A stretch of 64,000 nucleotides of DNA from Squalus acanthias (taxonomy: Eukaryota): positions 1-64,000 of the forward strand of contig JASTWF010000332.1 of assembly GCA_030390025.1 (NCBI GenBank), read 5' to 3'. Every line of letters starts with the position of its first letter. Position 1 is the first letter of the stretch. Shown here piece by piece: positions 27,001-38,378 of the stretch. The notes under the pieces are model-generated. The model saw only the letters and a program-made list of their open reading frames with translations, made no database searches and had not been told where the DNA came from. Made by a program: the position numbers and the translations under genes.

Positions 27001-30000
27001 TGAGAGTGAAGATTTGCAGTGTGAGAGTGAGGATTCTGGCAGGTGAGAGTGAGATTCTGCAGGTGAGAGAGTGAACGATTCTGCAGTGAGAGTGAAGATT
27101 CTGGCAGGGTGAGGAGTGAGGATCTCTTGGCGTGAGAGAGTGAGGATTCTGTGCAGTGTGAGAGTGAAGATTCTGCAGTGTGAAAGTGAGGATTCTGCAG
27201 TGAGAGAGTGAGTTCTGCAGTGAGAGAGTGAAGATTCTGCAGTGTGAGAGTGATGGATTCTGCGAGTGTGAGAGTGAGGATTCTGCAGTGTGAGAGTGAG
27301 GATCTGCAGTGTGAGAGTGAGGATTCTGCAGTGTGAGAGTGAAGATTCTGCAGTGTGAGAGTGAGGATTCTGCAGTGTGAGAGTGAGGATTCTGCAGTGT
27401 GAGAGTGAAGGATTCTGCAGTGTGAGAGTGAAGATTATGCAGTGGAGAGTGAAGATTCTGCAGTGAGGATAGTGAGATTCTGCAGTGAGTGAGGATTCTG
27501 CATGTGAGAGTGAAGATTCTGCAGTGTGAGAGTGAAGATTCTGCAGTGAGTGAGTGAAGATTCTGCAGTGTGATAGTGAAGATTCTGCAGTGAGTGAGTG
27601 AAGATTCTGCAGTGAGAGAGTGAAGATTCTGCAGTGTGAGATGAGGATTCTGCAGTGAGAGAGTGAAGATTTTGCAGTGAGAGTGGGGATTCTGCAGTGA
27701 GAGAGTGAAGATTCTGCAGTGAGAGAGTGAAGATTTCTGCAGTGAGAGTGAAGATTCTGCAGTGAGAGAGTGAAGATTCTGCAGTGAGAGAGTGAAGATT
27801 CTGCAGTGAGTGAGTAGATTCTTGCAGTGAGAGAGTGAGATTCTGCAGTGAGAGAGTGAGATTCATGAGTGAGAGACGTGAGGATACTGCAGTGTGAGAG
27901 TGAAGATTCTGCAGTGTGAGAGTGAAGATTCTGCAGTGTGAGAGTGAAGATTCTGCAGTGTGAGAGTGAAGATTCTCAGTGTGAGAGTGAAGATTCTGCA
28001 GTGTGAGTGTAGATTCTGCAGTGAGAGAGTGAAGATTATGCAGTGGGAGAGTGAAGATTCTGCAGTGAGAGTGAGGATCTGCAGTGAGAGTGAGGATTCT
28101 GCAGTGAGAGTGAGGATTCTGCAGTGGTGAGAGTGAAGATTTGCAGGTGTGAGTGAAGATTATGCAGTGAGAGTGAGATTCTGCAGTGAGAGTGAAGATT
28201 CTGCAGTGTGAGAGTGAGGATTCTGCAGTGTGAGTTGATGAGTTTGGCAGTGTGAGAGTGGACAGATTCTCCAGTGAGATGAGTGAAGATTCTGCAGTGA
28301 GAGTGAAGATTCTGCAGTGAGAGAGTGAAGATTCTGCAGTGAGAGAGAGTGAGGATTCTGCAGTGAGAGAGTGAGGATTCTGCAGTGTGAGAGTGAAGAT
28401 TCTGCAGTGAGAGAGTGGGATTCTGCAGGTGAGAGAGGTGAGGATTCTGCAGTGTGAGAGTGAATATTCTGCAGTGAGAGAGTGAAGATTCTGCAGTGAG
28501 AGAGTGAAGATTCTGCAGTGAGAGAGTGAAGATTCTGCAGTGTGAGAGTGAGGATTCTGCAGTGAGAGAGTGAAGATTCTGCAGTGAGAGAGTGAAGATT
28601 CTGCAGTGAGAGTGAAGATTCTGCAGTGTGAGAGTGAGGATTCTGCAGTGTGAGAGTGAAGATTCTGCAGTGTGAAAGTGAGGATTCTGCAGTGAGAGAG
28701 TGAGGATTCTGCAGTGTGAGAGTGAAGATTCTGCAGTGAGAGAGTGAGGATTCTGCAGTGTGAGAGAGTGAAGATTCTGCAGTGAGAGAGAGTGAGAATT
28801 CTGCAGTGTGAGAGTGGGGTTTCTGCAGTGTGAGAGTGAGGATTCTGCAGTGAGAGTGAGGATTCTGCAGTGAGAGTGAAGATTCTGCAGTGTGAGAGTG
28901 AAGATTCTGCAGTGTGAGAGTGAAGATTCTGCAGTGTGAGAGTGAGGATTCTGCAGTGTGAGAGTGAAGATTCTGCAGTGAGAGAGTGAAGATTCTGCAG
29001 TGTGAGAGTGAAGATTCTGCAGTGAGAGTGAAGATTCTGCAGTGTGAGAGTGAGGATTCTGCAGTGAGAGAGTGAGGATTCTGCAGTGTGAGAGTGAGGA
29101 TTCTGCAGTGAGAGAGTGAGGATTCTGCAGTGTGAGAGTGAAGATTCTGCAGTGTGAGAGTGAAGATTCTGCAGTGTGAGAGTGAAGATTCTGCAGTGTG
29201 AGATGTGGATTCTGCAGTGAGAGAGTGAAGATTCTGCAGTGGGAGAGTGAAGATTCTGCAGTGAGAGTGAGGATTCTGCAGTGTGAGAGTGAAGATTCTG
29301 CAGTGTGAGAGTGAAGATTCTGCAGTGAGAGAGTGAAGATTCTGCAGTGAGTGAGGATTCTGCAGTGTGAGAGTGAAGATTCTGCAGTGTGAGAGTGAAG
29401 ATTCTGCAGTGAGTGAGTGAAGATTCTGCAGTGTGAGAGTGAAGATTCTGCAGTGAGTGAGTGAAGATTCTGCAGTGAGAGAGTGAAGATTCTGCAGTGT
29501 GAGATGAGGATTCTGCAGTGAGAGAGTGAAGATTTTGCAGTGAGAGTGGGGATTCTGCAGTGTGAGAGTGAGGATTCTGCAGTGTGAGAGTGAGGATTCT
29601 GCAGTGTGAGAGTGAGGATTCTGCAGTGTGAGAGTGAGGATTCTGCAGTGTGAGAGTGAAGATTCTGCAGTGTGAGAGTGAAGATTCTGCAGTGTGAGAG
29701 TGAAGATTCTGCAGTGTGAGATGTGGATTCTGCAGTGAGAGAGTGAAGATTCTGCAGTGGGAGAGTGAAGATTCTGCAGTGAGAGTGAGGATTCTGCAGT
29801 GTGAGAGTGAGGATTCTGCAGTGTGAGAGTGAAGATTCTGCAGTGAGAGAGTGAAGATTCTGCAGTGAGAGTGAAGATTCTGCAGTGAGAGAGTGAAGAT
29901 TCTGCAGTGAGAGAGTGAGGATTCTGCAGTGTGAGAGTGAAGATTCTGCAGTGTGAGAGTGAAGATTCTGCAGTGAGTGAGTGAAGATTCTGCAGTGTGA

Positions 30001-31620
30001 GAGTGAAGATTCTGCAGTGAGTGAGTGAAGATTCTGCAGTGAGAGAGTGAAGATTCTGCAGTGTGAGATGAGGATTCTGCAGTGAGAGAGTGAAGATTTT
30101 GCAGTGAGAGTGGGGATTCTGCAGTGAGAGAGTGAAGATTCTGCAGTGAGAGAGTGAAGATTCTGCAGTGAGAGAGTGAAGATTCTGCAGTGAGAGTGAA
30201 GATTCTGCAGTGAGAGAGTGAAGATTCTGCAGTGAGAGTGAAGATTCTGCAGTGAGAGAGTGAAGATTCTGCAGTGTGAGAGTGAGGATTCTGCAGTGTG
30301 AGAGTGAGGATTCTGCAGTGAGAGTGAAGATTCTGCAGTGAGAGTGAAGATTCTGCAGTGTGAGAGTGAAGATTCTGCAGTGAGAGTGAAGATTCTGCAG
30401 TGTGAGAGTGATGATTCTGCAGTGTGAGAGTGAAGATTCTGCAGTGTGAGAGTGAAGATTCTGCAGTGAGAGAGTGAAGATTCTGCTGTGAGAGTGAGGA
30501 TTCTGCAGTGAGAGAGTGAGATTCTGCAGTGAGAGGTGAAGATTCTGCAGTGAGAGAGTGAAGATTCTGCAGTGTGAGAGTGAAGATTCTGCAGTGTGAG
30601 ATGAAGATTCTGCGTGTGAGAGTGAAGATTCTGCAGTGTGCAGTGTAGATTCTGCAGTGAAGATTCTGCAGTGTGAGAGTGAAGATACTGCAGTGTGAGA
30701 TGTGGATTCTGCAGTGAGAGAGTGAACATTCTGCAGTGTGAGAGTGAAGATTCTGCAGTGAGAGTGGGGGGGATTCTGCAGTGAGAGAGTGAAGATTGTC
30801 AGTGTGAGAGTGAGGATTCTGCAGTGTGAGATGAGGATTCTGCAGTGAGAGAGTGAAGATTTTGCAGTGAGAGTGGGGATTCTGCAGTGAGAGAGTGAAG
30901 ATTCTGCAGTGAGAGATGAAGATGCGCAGTGAGAGAGTGGAAGATTCTGCAGTGAGAGAGTGAAGATTCTGCAGTGAGAGAGTGAAGATTCTGCAGTGAA
31001 AGTGAAGATTCTGCAGTGAGAGAGTGAAGATTCTGCAGTGTGAGAGTGAGGATTCTGCAGTGTGAGAGTGAGGATTCTGCAGTGAAAGTGAAGATTCTGC
31101 AGTGAGAGAGTGAAGATTCTGCAGTGAGAGAGTGAGAATTCTGCAGTGTGAGAGTGAAGATTCTGCAGTGTGAGAGTGGGGATTCTGCAGTGTGAGAGTG
31201 AGGATTCTGCAATGAAAGTGAAGATTCTGCAGTGTGAGAGTGAAGATTCTGCAGTGTGAGAGTGAAGATTCTGCAGTGTGAGAGTGAGGATTCTGCAGTG
31301 TGAGAGTGAAGATTCTGCAGTGTGAGAGAGTGAGGATTCTGCAGTGTGAGAGTGAAGATTCTGCAGTGAGAGAGTGAAGATTCTGCAGTGAGAGGGAGTG
31401 AGGATTCTGCAGTGTGAGAGTGAGGATTCTGCAGTGTGAGAGTGAAGATTCTGCAGTGTGAGAGTGAAGATTCTGCAGTGTGAGAGTGAAGATTCTGCAG
31501 TGTGAGAGTGAAGATTCTGCAGTGTGAGAGTGAAGATTCTGCAGTGTGAGAGTGAAGATTCTGCAGCGTGAGAGTGAAGATTCTGCAGCGTGAGAGTGAA
31601 GATTCTGCAGCGTGAAAGTG
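1..31620. repeat. Giant tandem minisatellite/satellite array, 20/22/24-bp unit GATTCTGCAGTG(TG|AG)nAGAGTGA(A/G), one PstI site (CTGCAG) per unit
   Basis: Directly visible: a continuous head-to-tail repeat from base 1 (truncated by the window) to ...GATTCTGCAGCGTGAAAGTG at 31620. About 1,450-1,500 units, estimated from length divided by ~21.5 bp. Variation is mostly in the dinucleotide spacer and the A/G before GATT. Confidence 0.98.
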
Positions 31621-32169
31621 CAGAATATCTAGCAAATCTCCCCAAATTAGGGTGTGTCTCGATGTTTCAATGTAATAAACGTTTATTTTTATAAAACAGG
31701 CTCTTGTTCTGAAAACCTACACATTTAAAAACTGTTTAAAAGCATCTGACTGTACTTAGCTGTTTTATACAAATATCTTCACTTCCGAACAAGCTGTCTC
31801 CCGTGACCTTTCACCTCGCCAGTTGAGACAACTCAGTGTTAAAAGGCAGCCAAGTTTTAAGGAGTAGGTAAGCAATACCCTATACCTGTTGTTCAGAATT
31901 AGAATATACCTACTGAACTGGACTCGTAGCTGCTGCAAAGCTAATTGATTAAAAAGATGAGATTGATGGGGTACATAATCTCCCTGGACTTTGCATCTTG
32001 TGCACTTTAACTGAAGTTAAAGTCTGTAAGGTGTGAAATGAATGTCGGTACATTAAGAAGCTGCGTGTCAATGGCGGTGAGAAAATTGGTGGCACCTGAC
32101 TCTGTTCAGATTCAGAACATTCGGTACAGGTTTTGGTTCCAATACAGTTACAATGGGGCAAATTCATTG

Positions 32170-32513
32170 GGCAAGGAGAACGGGAGAAAAAAATGGCACT
32201 GGAGAAATTCAGTGGCAAATGTTACATTCCACTGCACTCCAGCGCAGTGCTGAGGGAGTGCTGCACGGTCAGTGGTGCCGTCTTTCAGATGAGATGTTAA
32301 ACTGAGGCCTCATCTACTCTCTCAGGTGGACGTAAAAGATCGGCAAGGAGAACGGGAGAAAAAAATGGCACTGGAGAAATTCAGTGGCAAATGTTACATT
32401 CCACTGCACTCCAGCGCAGTGCTGAGGGAGTGCTGCACGGTCAGTGGTGCCGTCTTTCAGATGAGATGTTAAACTGAGGCCTCATCTACTCTCTCAGGTG
32501 GACGTAAAAGATC
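32170..32513 (+). repeat. Perfect 172-bp tandem duplication (32170-32341 / 32342-32513)
   Basis: Both copies begin GGCAAGGAGAACGGGAG and end GGACGTAAAAGATC; no differences seen by eye. Confidence 0.93.
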
Positions 32514-32745
32514 CCATGGCACTATTTCTTAGAGGAGCAGTGGGGTTATCCCTCAATCAACATCACAAAAACAGATTATCTGGTCATTATCACATTGCTT
32601 TTTTTTTTAAAAGGAGCTTGCTGTGCGCAAATTGACTGCCATGTTTCCTACATTACAACAGTGACTGCACTTCAAAAAGTGCTTCATTGGCTGTAAAGCG
32701 CTTTGGGACATCCTGAGGTTGTGAACTGCGCTATAGAAATATAAG
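32232..32745 (+). mobile_element. Deu-domain SINE (SacSINE1/AmnSINE1-like), 5'-truncated, 5' part duplicated
   Basis: Motifs GGTGCCGTCTTTCAGATGAGATGTTAAAC, CAGGTGGACGTAAAAGATCCCATGGCACTATTT and tail CATTGGCTGTAAAGCGCTTTGGGACATCCTGAGG; matches other copies in this window. Family name is from recall of the DeuSINE consensus. Confidence 0.85.
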
Positions 32746-34117
32746 GTGTTTTTTGTGTAACCTGGGAATTGCAGAACACTTGGGGCTCTGGCTATATAAT
32801 AAATATAATGATTATAATATATAATACGAGCACCAATAAAGCACCTCATCATACCAAGATTCGCAAAGCACTTCCTATAACAAATTACTTTTTGTAGTGT
32901 AGTAACTGTTACACTATAATGTATATTATACATTATAACAATGCACCTTAGATAGTAAACCTTATAGTGAAGGTTAATGCAGAGCACTAATTCAAGGTAA
33001 ATTGTGGCAAGAAAACCAGGGACATAGATTCAATTGAGTGAATGGCAAATCTAGAGCGGGTGCCAGGAATAACCTCTTCATGTAAAGTATGGTCAATACA
33101 TAGAGTAGAGTTATCTTCCAGGCAGGCTAGTGACAGCAAAGTCCTTGGAACCATTTAAGTGACAGTCAGATGCTGTGGGGGGAGGGGTTGGTTGGGTTGT
33201 ACGTTTTTCTAGATGGATGATTGGGACATGTCACGCCTAACCTTTGCCAAGCCTATGTAACCCAAGTTCATTTTGCACCCATTCCTATGAATATTATAGC
33301 CGTTACAGACCTGACCCTATTACTTCCATTTCCCTGGTTTACTTTTGGCTCCTCTTGGGCCTTCTCTCCTCTTTCCCAGCTATGCCACCTTTCAACTCTT
33401 TGTTTGTCCCCCTGATTCCTACCCTAACCCATCACTAGTCCTCCTCATTCCTTCTCCCCTGCTGCCATGTTGGACTAGAATCGCCCTAAGGTTACCCTCT
33501 ATGCCCCTCTCGGGATTCTCTGTTGGGCCCATCTCTGTCTTGTCAAGAGCAGTAACCCCAATGGGCCCGCTGTCTTCTCTCGCTAGATTTCTCACCTAGC
33601 ACACGCCAAGGGCCAACCTCACCCGTCTCCTTTACGCCCCACTCACCCCATCCCCTACTTCTCTACCCCAGATTCTGCTGGCAGGTCAACAATCACCGCT
33701 CCCTCTGGATTTCCCTCCAGAATGTCTGATTACTCATTGACAAGGCACTTTCATCCACAACCTCATTGTGGATGATCCTGGCTCATGGATGATGACAATT
33801 TGTCCTTTAAAGCAACTTCAAAGTACAGTAAGAATTCTCTTCAGCTTCATGTCCAGAAGTATCACAACCAAAAAAGAAAGTTTTACAGACAAACACTTTT
33901 CTTACTAGTCCATGTACTATGCATGAGAAGATACATGATGGAAAGAATGGTGCCTAGCGGAATCAGCCCGTAAGCCAATGTAACAATAGGCTTGCAGAAT
34001 TAAATATTTCTTTAAAGTCTTTTAGTTTTATCTCATTTCTCATTCTCCATACCAATTAGATGGATTTATTTCAGAAAATAGTGTTTTGGGATACAGTATG
34101 AGTAAATTGAGACACAA

Positions 34118-34355
34118 CATGGTAAGTGTAGCATGGCTTGGGAAGAACAGGTGACTTTGGACCTATGGTTTCCAAAGCTCTCCACTGGGGTTTTCCTCGC
34201 CTCATGTCTGGGTCTGTTGTAGACTAATTGATAGAGATTAATTGCTATGATTAGTCAACAATTCCATTATCCTTGTATCACACGACAACCAGGATTGTAG
34301 AAGGTGAACTAGATGGACTTTGGTCTTTTTTCGTCTCGCAATTCCTATGTTCCTA
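34118..34355 (+). mobile_element. Probable 3' end of a CR1-type LINE or CR1-tailed SINE
   Basis: Ends GGTGAACTAGATGGAC...TTCCTATGTTCCTA, the hairpin plus short-repeat tail typical of CR1 3' ends. Family not identified. Confidence 0.45.
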
Positions 34356-36018
34356 CCCTTTCCTTCCCATTCCTACAGGCAGTCACCGCAACATATTCAC
34401 TCCCCCGGCCGCCCAACCTGGATCTGAGAATCCAACGTCAATGCTTGGGCTCAATGGGCAGGAATAATATTCTTCATAGGGTGCAGCAGGAGACAAATCC
34501 CAATCTATGCTGGGATGCCCCACCATTGGTCTGAATGAGAGCCAAGAACACAGCCCACATTGCGATTGGTGGGCCAACGAGATTGTTCCCCTCGAGACTA
34601 AAGCCCCCTACTATAGCAGTTTAAAGAGAGCATCTTTCCAAACCTGCTTCTCTTTCATTTGTCTTCTCATTTTCGAAATGGATCATCATACTGGAATATT
34701 CAACACAGACTATAAATAAAACAGTCATAAAATGCAATCAAGTATAGAATAATAGATAAGGTGATTGCAAGGCACTAATATGAAATCAAGGAGATTTATA
34801 TAATGTCAGAAACCACAAAGTTGGAGTGATTTGTAACCATGAACTGGCTCCTGAAATTAAATTGTAGCCCAGAAATCCCTTGCTGGTATTCGTTCTAGCT
34901 AGAATTTATTCATTTTCAGTTTTATGCAAGGTTTTATTCTGCTGCCATCCATTGATTTAATCCACATAAAAATAAAGGCCCCAAAATGCTTGAAATGTGA
35001 AACATCAGTGGTAGCAGTGATGCTTGTACAAGAGAATTAACCCTGGATATATGACACATCCAAGGAATTCTGAGCTCTCAGTGCCACCTTTTCAAAAAAA
35101 AGATGAGTTAAAATACAGTAATCATGAAAATCCCCTAATATTCCATCAATAAGCTGTTAAGGTGTTACAGTAATAAAATATCTAATTAAAATATACATTT
35201 AAATATTCTACTGCTATATAAAACCACGACTTCTCCCCAGCCCTGCCTTTTCTCCCTATTCTCTTCCTTCTACAATTATTTTCTATTCTCTATAGTCCCT
35301 ATTTTATTCTATTTCACCCTTTATCTTTCATCTGCTTTGTTTTACGTGTTCAAAATCGTTTGCCGATTGGCCGAATACGAGTTCCAAAGTCTGTTTTATT
35401 TTCCCAGCCAGTTCGTGGGGGGATCAATGAAGGCCATCCTGAGTGTGTGAGTTGAATGACAAGTCAAAATTCTGATCCATTTGGAGCTGATATTGCTGAT
35501 TCCCAACACATGCAAAGCAACCGGCAAGATAACCTGCCACTATCCATCTAGGAGACTGCAGTGTGATCAATGGGAGGTCATTAGTCCAACCATCAGCAGT
35601 TGATTGCAAGGAATTTTTCTACAGTCTATTATAAACCAACAGTTGACATGCTTCAGATTAAAAGGAGGATTTCCTCCCTTTCCCTCATCCAACCATTGTG
35701 TGGGGCGAGGGCACGATCTGTCAACTCACGACGCACTAACGGCCTTGTGTCAGAGAAAGTTCATTACAATGGCTACATGTGATGTCATCACAACAGAAGG
35801 GATATGCAATTCCTCTGGGTCTTCAGCTGCCAAAACAATGATAATTCAAGCCCCCTTTCAACCAACAGCCAAACATTGTTTTGTAGGTAGCACTGCTCCC
35901 ATGCCCATCGTTTGAGTGAATGGCAGTGTTAAAGGGCACTGTCTCTATTTAGCTAATCTTGCTTTGTGGAGGGGGAAGACCCAGAACTGCATTGCATCGT
36001 CTTGATGTGATGACATCA

Positions 36019-36672
36019 CATAGAATCATAGAAACTTATGGCATAGAAGGAGGCCATTCGACCCATCCTGTCTGTGCCGGCTGAAAAAGAGCTATCCAAC
36101 CTAATCCCACCTTCCAGCACTTAGTCCATAGCATTGTAGGTTACGGCACTTCAAGTGCATATCCAAGTACTTTTTAAATGTGATGAGGGTTTCTGCCTCA
36201 ACCACCCTTTCAGGCAGTGAGTTCCAGACCCCCACCACCCTCTGGGTGAAAAAAGTTCTCCTCAAATCCCCTCTAAACCTCCGACCAATTACTTTAAATC
36301 TATGCCTCCTGGTTATCAACCCCTCCGCTAAGGGAAATAGGTCCTTCCTATCCACTCTATCTAGGCCCCTCATAATTTTATATACCTCAATCAAGTCTTC
36401 CCTCAGCCTCCTCTGTTCCAAGGAAAACAACCCCAGCTCATCGAATGGCGGAGCAGGCTCGAGGGGCCGAATTGCCTACTCCTGCTCCTATCTTCTATGT
36501 TTCTATCCAATCTTTCCTCATAGCTAAAATTCTCCAGTCCTGGCAACTTCCTCGTAAATCTCCTCTGTACCCTCTCTAGTGCAATCACATCTTTCCTGTA
36601 ATGTGGTGACCAGAACTGTACGCAGTACTCTAGCTGTGGCATAACTGGTGTTTTATACAGTTCAAGCATAAC
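36019..36672 (-). mobile_element. CR1-clade LINE 3' fragment (ORF2 C-terminus and tail)
   Basis: ORF pieces LEYCVQFWSPHYRKDVIALERVQRRFT and FSLEQRRLREDLIEVYKIMRG...FFTQRVVGVWNSLP are typical CR1 ORF2; tail reads CATAGAATCATAGAA on the + strand. Confidence 0.93.
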
Positions 36673-37340
36673 ATTGAATGACTGATGGTCATGGTGTCGC
36701 CAAAATGAAAAAAAAAGTTTTGTCAAACACTTTTTCTCAAAGGCAGGGCCCAAAATTAATAATGAATCTGTATATAGCTAAACGCATACTAATGAACTGG
36801 CTGCCTAGACACTTTGGAGGTATGTGGGACCTTTCTGTGCTGTACAATGCTTTTAATTTGACACAAGAGACAGATTGGGACGTATGGATGCAAATCATTG
36901 CTAGTTGTAAAACTCCCACCTGCATTATTTTGGACACGGTGCTTGTGGTAATTGGCTTTCAGAGAGAGGTACAATCCAGAACTAAAAATCCTTTCAAATA
37001 TCTGCCTTTAGTAGCTAAGTGACCCTCAAGGTTGTTCTCGAGGTGACTATGACACGTGAACAAGCATTAGGTATGGACTCTCCACTTCTGTCTGTTGCTA
37101 ACCAACAAAATATACTATTGACAAGTAACATACTGGTGTGGCCAGCAGACAGGATGGAATGACCTTTAGGTGGATTTTTCAGTGATTGTGACTTCAATAC
37201 ACAAGTAACCACTTAAAGAGACAATACCTACGCCGATCCGATTCGCTAATTGTTTATAATCGTATCTCTGCAGCCTCCTTCTTCATGTATTTCTAAGCTT
37301 CTACCATTTCTCAAAGTTTAAAGAATGTGATGATGCTTCA

Positions 37341-37346
37341 TTTATT
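37341..37346 (-). promoter_or_regulatory. Candidate polyadenylation signal (AATAAA) in the NOS1AP 3' UTR
   Basis: TTTATT on the + strand, ~230 nt past the stop codon. More distal signals also exist, so usage is unknown. Confidence 0.3.
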
Positions 37347-37577
37347 TTTTTTTAAACTTAGGAAACTTGATATTTAAAGAAGCGAAGTGCAGATTGATTT
37401 TAAACGGATTGCACAGTGAGCAATATCAAATGGTTACTGTCACTTTAAATCAACAGGATAATGTCAGAACTGAAAATCCGTCGCCATTATTTACATGTGA
37501 CAGCTCTGTCTGGTTGACCATTAGAACAGGTCAGTCCGTCACATTTAAATTTCTTTCGTAAATAGAACCAGTGGCTT

Positions 37578-37978
37578 TTACACTGCAATTTCATCATCAA
37601 GACAATCCCCCATATCCTGCCTTTTCAGCACATTCATTAACCGAATTGACTCTTCATTTACCCAGCAGTCCCTTTCCTCACTCTCATCTGTATTAGACTC
37701 GTACTCAGACGCGATTCCTGACTCGCGGAATTTGATCAGCTCCAGGCTTCCCATGAATTCTTCATGGGACCTCTTTTCATTGTGCAGGAAGTGGAAGCAC
37801 TCCAGTTTTACCAGACAGTCGTCCATACCTAGCGGGCTTCCCAGAGGAAGGGGGAGGTCCGATCCGTCACATAGCTGTGGCAGGCAGATGTCTTCGGGTC
37901 TGGGCGTTGTGGGGTCGCACAGCACTGGCGGCACAGTCGATCGGTAGGTGATTTCCAACAAACTGTCCTGTGAACCTA
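37578..37978 (-). CDS. NOS1AP: NOS1AP/CAPON terminal coding exon with C-terminal PDZ-binding motif
   Basis: Acceptor ctttttttctag|TA. A phase-1 join to the previous exon gives (I)GSQDSLLEITYRS...VLCDPTTPRPED...CLVKLECF...LELIKFRESGIASEYESNTDESEERD...GDCLDDEIAV*, closely matching the mammalian NOS1AP C-terminus. TAA at 37578-37580. Confidence 0.97.
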
Positions 37979-38282
37979 CTAGAAAAAAAGAAAAAGAGAG
38001 ACTGTGTCACGGCGGCTGGTAACAATACTCCTTTAGCTTAAAGCCAGCGTGAATTCGGACACTAAAGATGGTGCCAAGACTTCCCCCTCACCCATTCTTT
38101 CACTGGGGGCTTTTATCACCATTGGGTGGGTTCTGAATGCTTTGCTTGTAAAAGTCAGCTAGAGACAACTGCCCCATTAAAAAATCTACAAATTTTGAAG
38201 CAATACTGACTCTTTGTTTGGACAAGTGTCTGAAAGAAGAGTCTCACCATCAGGACGTCTTTAAAACAGTTACAAAGAATGC

Positions 38283-38378
38283 TTCTGACGAAAGGTCATC
38301 GACCGTAAACGTTAACTTTCTCTCTCCACAGATGCTGCCTGACTTGCTGGGTGTTTCCAGCATTTTCTGTTTTTATTA
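38283..38378 (+). mobile_element. Penelope-like element terminal fragment with degenerate hammerhead motif
   Basis: TCTGACGAAAGGTCATCGACCGTAAACGTTAAC...CACAGATGCTGCCTGACTTGCTG, homologous to 42488-42620. Confidence 0.75.

Noticed and set aside
1..31620. CRISPR array or telomeric repeat
   Set aside because: No unique spacers, no cas genes, vertebrate context, and the unit is not TTAGGG-based.
2751..31645. Giant minus-strand ORFs (1803, 4614, 3075, 1304, 1161 aa and others) as protein-coding genes
   Set aside because: They overlap in all three frames, start at sporadic variant codons and shift frame freely. They are explained by the stop-free repeat unit.
31650..37500. C1orf226/NOS1APc alternative 3' exons
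   Set aside because: Searched by eye for an FENLN..LTPKL-like frame on the minus strand and found none; tBLASTN is needed to be sure.
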